Source of the DNA: a virus
Taxonomy: Duplodnaviria; Heunggongvirae; Uroviricota; Caudoviricetes
Length of the DNA stretch: 29,972 bases
IMG/VR virus record: IMGVR_UViG_3300032038_000042
Strand: one strand, 5' to 3'
The notes under the pieces were generated by a model that saw only the letters and a program-made list of their open reading frames with translations, was not told the origin of the DNA and made no database searches. Positions 27,527-29,972 of the stretch are shown in pieces; positions within the stretch are counted from its first letter, which is position 1; every line of letters starts with the position of its first letter. The translations under genes and the position numbers were made by a program.

Positions 27527-27584
27527 GTCTTTAATGAATGTTGAATTTTTTGAAGGCTTAACTCGAAAGGGTTAAGCCTTTTTT
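27519..27584 (+). promoter_or_regulatory. Mutually exclusive antiterminator / terminator
   Basis: Terminator 27553-27564:27569-27580 with GAAA loop and T run. Antiterminator 27519-27531:27553-27565 (13 bp, 2 G-U) covers the leader stop codon. Confidence 0.8.
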
Positions 27585-27680
27585 ATTGGAGTTTTTTAAG
27601 AAAATGAGAGGAAATGCGAAAGTGGCTGCTACAACAGCAGCCTTAGATAAAGCCCTTTAATTCTTTTTGAGCAGATACAA

Positions 27681-27765
27681 GGGCCGGTACGTTAATTGGT
27701 TAACGAACAGACTTTTAATCTGTAGGAGTTTTTTCCTGATGCGGGTTCGAGTCCCGTCCGGCTCA
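27681..27765 (+). tRNA. trnK: tRNA-Lys(UUU) with an atypical long variable arm
   Basis: Cloverleaf GGGCCGG/CCGGCTC, anticodon loop CTTTTAA, 17-nt variable region, T loop TTCGAGT. Confidence 0.85.
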
Positions 27766-27778
27766 AGAAGAATTATTA

Positions 27779-27850
27779 GGGCGTGTGGCACAGAGGTTGT
27801 GCACCAAACTTTTAATTTGGATAAGGTAGGTTCGAGTCCTATCACGCTCA
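27779..27850 (+). tRNA. trnK: tRNA-Lys(UUU)
   Basis: GGGCGTG/CACGCTC, CCAAA-CTTTTAA-TTTGG, GTAGG-TTCGAGT-CCTAT. Confidence 0.92.
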
Positions 27851-27907
27851 GCAATATAGCTGCTAGACTTCCTTCCAGTCTTAGAAGTCGTTCACATATT
27901 TTTTTTT

Positions 27908-27981
27908 GGATCGTTAGCTCCAACGGTTAGAGCGGAGGATTGTTAATCCTAAGGTTGCAGGTTCGAATCCTGCACGATCCG
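27908..27981 (+). tRNA. trnN: tRNA-Asn(GUU)
   Basis: GGATCGT/ACGATCC, loop TTGTTAA, discriminator G. Confidence 0.93.
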
Positions 27982-27984
27982 AGA

Positions 27985-28042
27985 GGTAGATATAGGAGTT
28001 CAGTTCGATTCTGAATTTAAGTTGGTCAATCCTTAAGCTACC
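27985..28042 (+). ncRNA. Small tRNA-mimic (T arm plus loop-closed stem)
   Basis: GGTAG/CTACC closing stem, TTCAG-TTCGATT-CTGAA T arm, adjacent TTTAAG/CTTAAG hairpin. Confidence 0.5.
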
Positions 28043-28049
28043 ATTTTAT

Positions 28050-28121
28050 GGGGACTTAATTCAAGCGGTAGAATAGTGGACTGAAAATCCATATGTGAGG
28101 GTTCGAACACCTCAGTTCCCA
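28050..28121 (+). tRNA. trnF: tRNA-Phe(GAA)
   Basis: GGGGACT/AGTTCCC, GTGGA-CTGAAAA-TCCAT. Confidence 0.9.
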
Positions 28122-28124
28122 AAT

Positions 28125-28203
28125 ATAAAAAGCATAAGGTGTTCCTATTTTTGCTGATGAAGCAATACACTGGTAATGTATTTTATTACACCTCGCTTTT
28201 TAT
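28125..28203 (+). ncRNA. Small RNA sharing its terminal stem with the permuted tRNA; carries a GGU anticodon-like stem-loop
   Basis: AAAAGC-ATA-AGGTGT-TCCTATTT ... TT-ACACCT-C-GCTTTT enclosing ATACA-CTGGTAA-TGTAT. Confidence 0.65.
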
Positions 28204-28210
28204 TTTTTAT

Positions 28211-28285
28211 GGTGCTTGTGGTGGAGTGGTCTAACACGCTTGACTGTGGATCAAGATTTCGTCGGTCCGAATCCGACCAAGTACC
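28211..28285 (+). tRNA. trnH: tRNA-His(GUG)
   Basis: G-1:C73 pair, CTTGA-CTGTGGA-TCAAG, variant T loop TCCGAAT. Confidence 0.92.
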
Positions 28286-28291
28286 CCGATT

Positions 28292-28404
28292 AGTAAATCT
28301 TTCGAGTTTACGATGGTGGAGTAGCAACCAGAAAAGCGGGCAACAGCGTTGCACTGACCTGCTGAATGGCTAAGCCAGACTGGAAGAGTTGCTAAAGATT
28401 TACT
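28292..28404 (+). ncRNA. Unassigned structured RNA between tRNA-His and tRNA-Thr
   Basis: AGTAAATCTT/AAGATTTACT and TAGCAAC/GTTGCTA stems enclose a multi-branch core (GCGGG/CCTGC, TGGC/GCCA). Confidence 0.6.
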
Positions 28405-28410
28405 TTTTAT

Positions 28411-28483
28411 GCTACAATAGCTCAATTGGCAGAGCACGTGATTTGTAATCTCGGGGTTGTGGGTTCAATTCCTACTTGTAGCT
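28411..28483 (+). tRNA. trnT: tRNA-Thr(UGU)
   Basis: GCTACAA/TTGTAGC, loop TTTGTAA. Confidence 0.93.
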
Positions 28484-28486
28484 TTA

Positions 28487-28558
28487 GACCCGTTCGCCAA
28501 GTGGTAAGGCTCCGATCTGCAAAATCGGTATACATGAGTCCGATTCTCATACGGGTCT
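28487..28558 (+). tRNA. trnC: tRNA-Cys(GCA)
   Basis: GACCCGT/ACGGGTC, CCGAT-CTGCAAA-ATCGG, discriminator T, variant T loop TCCGATT. Confidence 0.92.
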
Positions 28559-28563
28559 CTTTT

Positions 28564-28686
28564 AAAAGCAAAGGTTGTTCCTATTTAAAGATTGTTAATC
28601 CGTGTGTCGATGGTTCGAGTCCATCCAATTTCCGAAAGGAAGTTGTAGCTCAGCTGGTAGAGCAACGTAAATTACAACTCGCTTTT
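28564..28686 (+). ncRNA. Circularly permuted tRNA-Asn(GUU) mimic with Y-RNA (YrlA)-like topology
   Basis: Order is anticodon loop, T arm, acceptor 3' strand, GAAA, acceptor 5' strand, D arm. The ends are joined by a bulged terminal stem. Confidence 0.85.
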
Positions 28687-28694
28687 AATTTCAT

Positions 28695-28766
28695 GGGCTC
28701 GTAGCTCAAAGGAAGAGTAAAGGTCTCTTAAACCTTAGGTTGTGGTGTCAGGGTCCACCGAGCTCA
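28695..28766 (+). tRNA. trnK: tRNA-Lys(CUU) with a non-canonical T loop
   Basis: GGGCTCG/CGAGCTC, AAGGT-CTCTTAA-ACCTT, T arm GTGG-TGTCAGGGT-CCAC. Confidence 0.8.
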
Positions 28767-28804
28767 AAACCTAAAAAGTAATTTAAAAAAAATGAAAAAA
28801 CTTT

Positions 28805-28834
28805 TGAACTTTTTGAAAGTTTTTTACATATAAT
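28805..28834 (+). promoter_or_regulatory. Putative promoter of the second tRNA unit
   Basis: TGAACTTTTT-N14-TATAAT. Confidence 0.7.
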
Positions 28835-28869
28835 ATTGTATATAACGAGTAAGAAACGTTATAAAGTTT

Positions 28870-28942
28870 GCCCTATTAGCTCAGTGGAAGAGCACTCGCC
28901 CTGTAAGCGAGCGGTCATTGGTTCGAATCCAAATATAGGGCT
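28870..28942 (+). tRNA. trnT: tRNA-Thr(UGU) with C33
   Basis: GCCCTAT/ATAGGGC, CTCGC-CCTGTAA-GCGAG, short variable loop. Confidence 0.85.
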
Positions 28943-28944
28943 TT

Positions 28945-29274
28945 ATGAGTAGAAGTTATAAAAAAGAAATCGGTTTCGGTAAATCTACTTTTGGTTATGC
29001 AACTCGAACAAAAAAGACAAGAGTTGACTATGCAAACAAAAGAAGACGAAAGAAAGGATTGCCAATTGTTAAGCAGCATTTTCGTTCCGATATGCAAACG
29101 GTGGAAGATTACATTGATTGGATTAAAAGAGATTTTGAGCCAAGAGGTTATGTAATTTGTCATTTTAATGCTTACTACAAGATTTATCAAGAGTGGCTTA
29201 ATGGTCGTAAAGAAACAGAAGAGCTCATTAGAGAGTATGCTGTTAAGCTTTACAATCGCGATAAATCGAAATAG
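28945..29274 (+). CDS. Basic hypothetical protein within the tRNA cluster
   Basis: 109 aa, MSRSYKK start, K/R-rich. The ATG is 2 nt after the tRNA-Thr 3' end. Confidence 0.8.
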   Translation: MSRSYKKEIGFGKSTFGYATRTKKTRVDYANKRRRKKGLPIVKQHFRSDMQTVEDYIDWIKRDFEPRGYVICHFNAYYKIYQEWLNGRKETEELIREYAVKLYNRDKSK

Positions 29275-29281
29275 TTTGTAT

Positions 29282-29355
29282 GGAGTGTTAGCTCAGTTGG
29301 TAGTAGCAAGCGGCTGTTAACCGCTAGGTCGCAAGTTCGAACCTTGCACACTCCG
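29282..29355 (+). tRNA. trnN: tRNA-Asn(GUU)
   Basis: GGAGTGT/ACACTCC, AGCGG-CTGTTAA-CCGCT, discriminator G. Confidence 0.93.
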
Positions 29356-29361
29356 CTTCAA

Positions 29362-29474
29362 CGTTAATAAAGCCGAGGTAGCGAAACGGGTCACCTAGGA
29401 AGGAGTGGCAGTGAGGTAGCGAAGGTTTAGATGCGGTAGACGTTTTAGAAATTCGCGAATCCGATGAATTAACG
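29362..29474 (+). ncRNA. Unassigned structured RNA with repeated GAGGTAGCGAA
   Basis: CGTTAAT/ATTAACG closing stem, 11-nt direct repeat at 29375 and 29413, GTCAC/GTGGC hairpin. Confidence 0.5.
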
Positions 29475-29499
29475 ACAAGAAAAAATTTCTAGTTTTTTT

Positions 29500-29535
29500 G
29501 GCAGGTTTTCACTCCCAAAAACCTGCTACTTTTTT
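29500..29535 (+). terminator. Probable terminator
   Basis: GGCAGGTTTT / AAAACCTGCT followed by a T run. Confidence 0.6.
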
Positions 29536-29537
29536 GT

Positions 29538-29611
29538 GCTGGAGAAGTTCATAAGGCTTGAACGTCGGACTCATATTCCGAATGTAGTTGGTTCGAATCC
29601 AACCTTCAGTA
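29538..29611 (+). tRNA. tRNA with CAU anticodon (elongator Met or lysidine-modified Ile2)
   Basis: GCTGGAG/CTTCAGT, TCGGA-CTCATAT-TCCGA, GTTGG-TTCGAAT-CCAAC. Confidence 0.88.
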
Positions 29612-29613
29612 AA

Positions 29614-29886
29614 CTACCAAGAAAATACTGGATGTATAATTGATTCTACATCTCCTTGAGCATCTCTTAAATGCTGTTGCCACCAATCTCCGTCATTCCA
29701 AACTTCGGGTTCAGTTCTTGGAGTAGTAACTTCTCCGTATGTGATATAATAATCTTTACTAGGTTGAGTAACAGGTATATAAGTTGTTTCTGGCTCTTTA
29801 GCTAAAAGCTTTTTAACAATTTCAAATTTTACTTCATCCTTTAAGTTTGAGCTTATAACCTCTTTGCACAAATCCTCGTTTGTCAT
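29614..29886 (-). CDS. Hypothetical protein
   Basis: ATG 29886 (MTNEDL) follows a strong AGGAGG SD and is preferred over TTG 29907. Confidence 0.75.
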   Translation of the reverse strand: MTNEDLCKEVISSNLKDEVKFEIVKKLLAKEPETTYIPVTQPSKDYYITYGEVTTPRTEPEVWNDGDWWQQHLRDAQGDVESIIHPVFSW

Positions 29887-29972
29887 GTTAAACCTCCTTT
29901 CACACAAACAAATCTATTTAGTTCGAGTTACTCGTTTACAAGTTTTCTATCTGTAGAGGTTAAGCCTAAAAT

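Noticed and set aside
27604..27660. Mini ORF MRGNAKVAATTAALDKAL and GGCTGCT/AGCAGCC hairpin after the attenuator
   Set aside because: SD spacing is poor and 18 codons is within chance. The hairpin is real but I cannot assign a function.
27853..27900. GACTTC/GAAGTC hairpin containing TTCCT as a possible third handle-family RNA
   Set aside because: It lacks the AAAAGC/GCTTTT stem and the TCCTATTT motif; the similarity is too weak.
28310..28390. SAM-I riboswitch-like words (GGTGGAG, GCAACC, CTGGAAGA)
   Set aside because: The P1/P2 pseudoknot arrangement cannot be built, and there is no downstream gene or expression platform.
27657..28704. ORF-track entries 27657..27923, 27667..27930, 28145..28354, 28176..28373, 28231..28437 and 28426..28704
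   Set aside because: They overlap clear tRNA cloverleaves and are shadow ORFs of GC-richer RNA genes.
28870..28942. Reading this tRNA as Tyr(GUA)
   Set aside because: The 5-bp stem centres TGT in the 7-nt loop. The short variable loop, GCC start and T discriminator fit Thr.
392..29190. Remaining short ORF-track entries nested in or antisense to long genes (e.g. 392..574, 1701..1925, 2903..3151, 7451..7897, 13155..13433, 16697..16984, 20713..21018, 28915..29190)
   Set aside because: They overlap better-supported genes and lack SD sequences or recognisable motifs.
1..29972. CRISPR array, stop-codon recoding or suppressor tRNA
   Set aside because: No regularly spaced direct repeats. Long genes are intact in the standard code, and no tRNA has a CUA, UUA or UCA anticodon.

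Overview
AT-rich, densely coding segment that reads as a large tailed (jumbo-type) bacteriophage genome in the standard genetic code. The host cannot be read from the sequence. Left part: small hypothetical genes, an AAA+ ATPase, probable baseplate/tail genes, a free-standing PD-(D/E)xK nuclease and two head-to-head paralogous ~950-aa fibre-like genes. Middle: DnaC-like loader and DnaB-like helicase, a lipoprotein with a (TTTG)12 repeat in its signal peptide, a ~1.35-kb promoter-to-terminator non-coding unit rich in hairpins, then TGT-like, PP-loop, MazG-like and metallophosphoesterase genes. Right part: 11 tRNA genes (Lys x3, Asn x2, Thr x2, Phe, His, Cys, CAU) mixed with tRNA-mimicking RNAs, including a circularly permuted tRNA-Asn. 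Most striking observation: the tRNA array is preceded by an unannotated 39-codon leader ORF in which 31 of 39 residues are the seven amino acids served by the downstream tRNAs. Its stop codon lies inside a 13-bp antiterminator that competes with an intrinsic terminator. This looks like a ribosome-stalling attenuator that switches phage tRNAs on when those tRNAs become limiting. All calls are by eye; no database or folding software was run.
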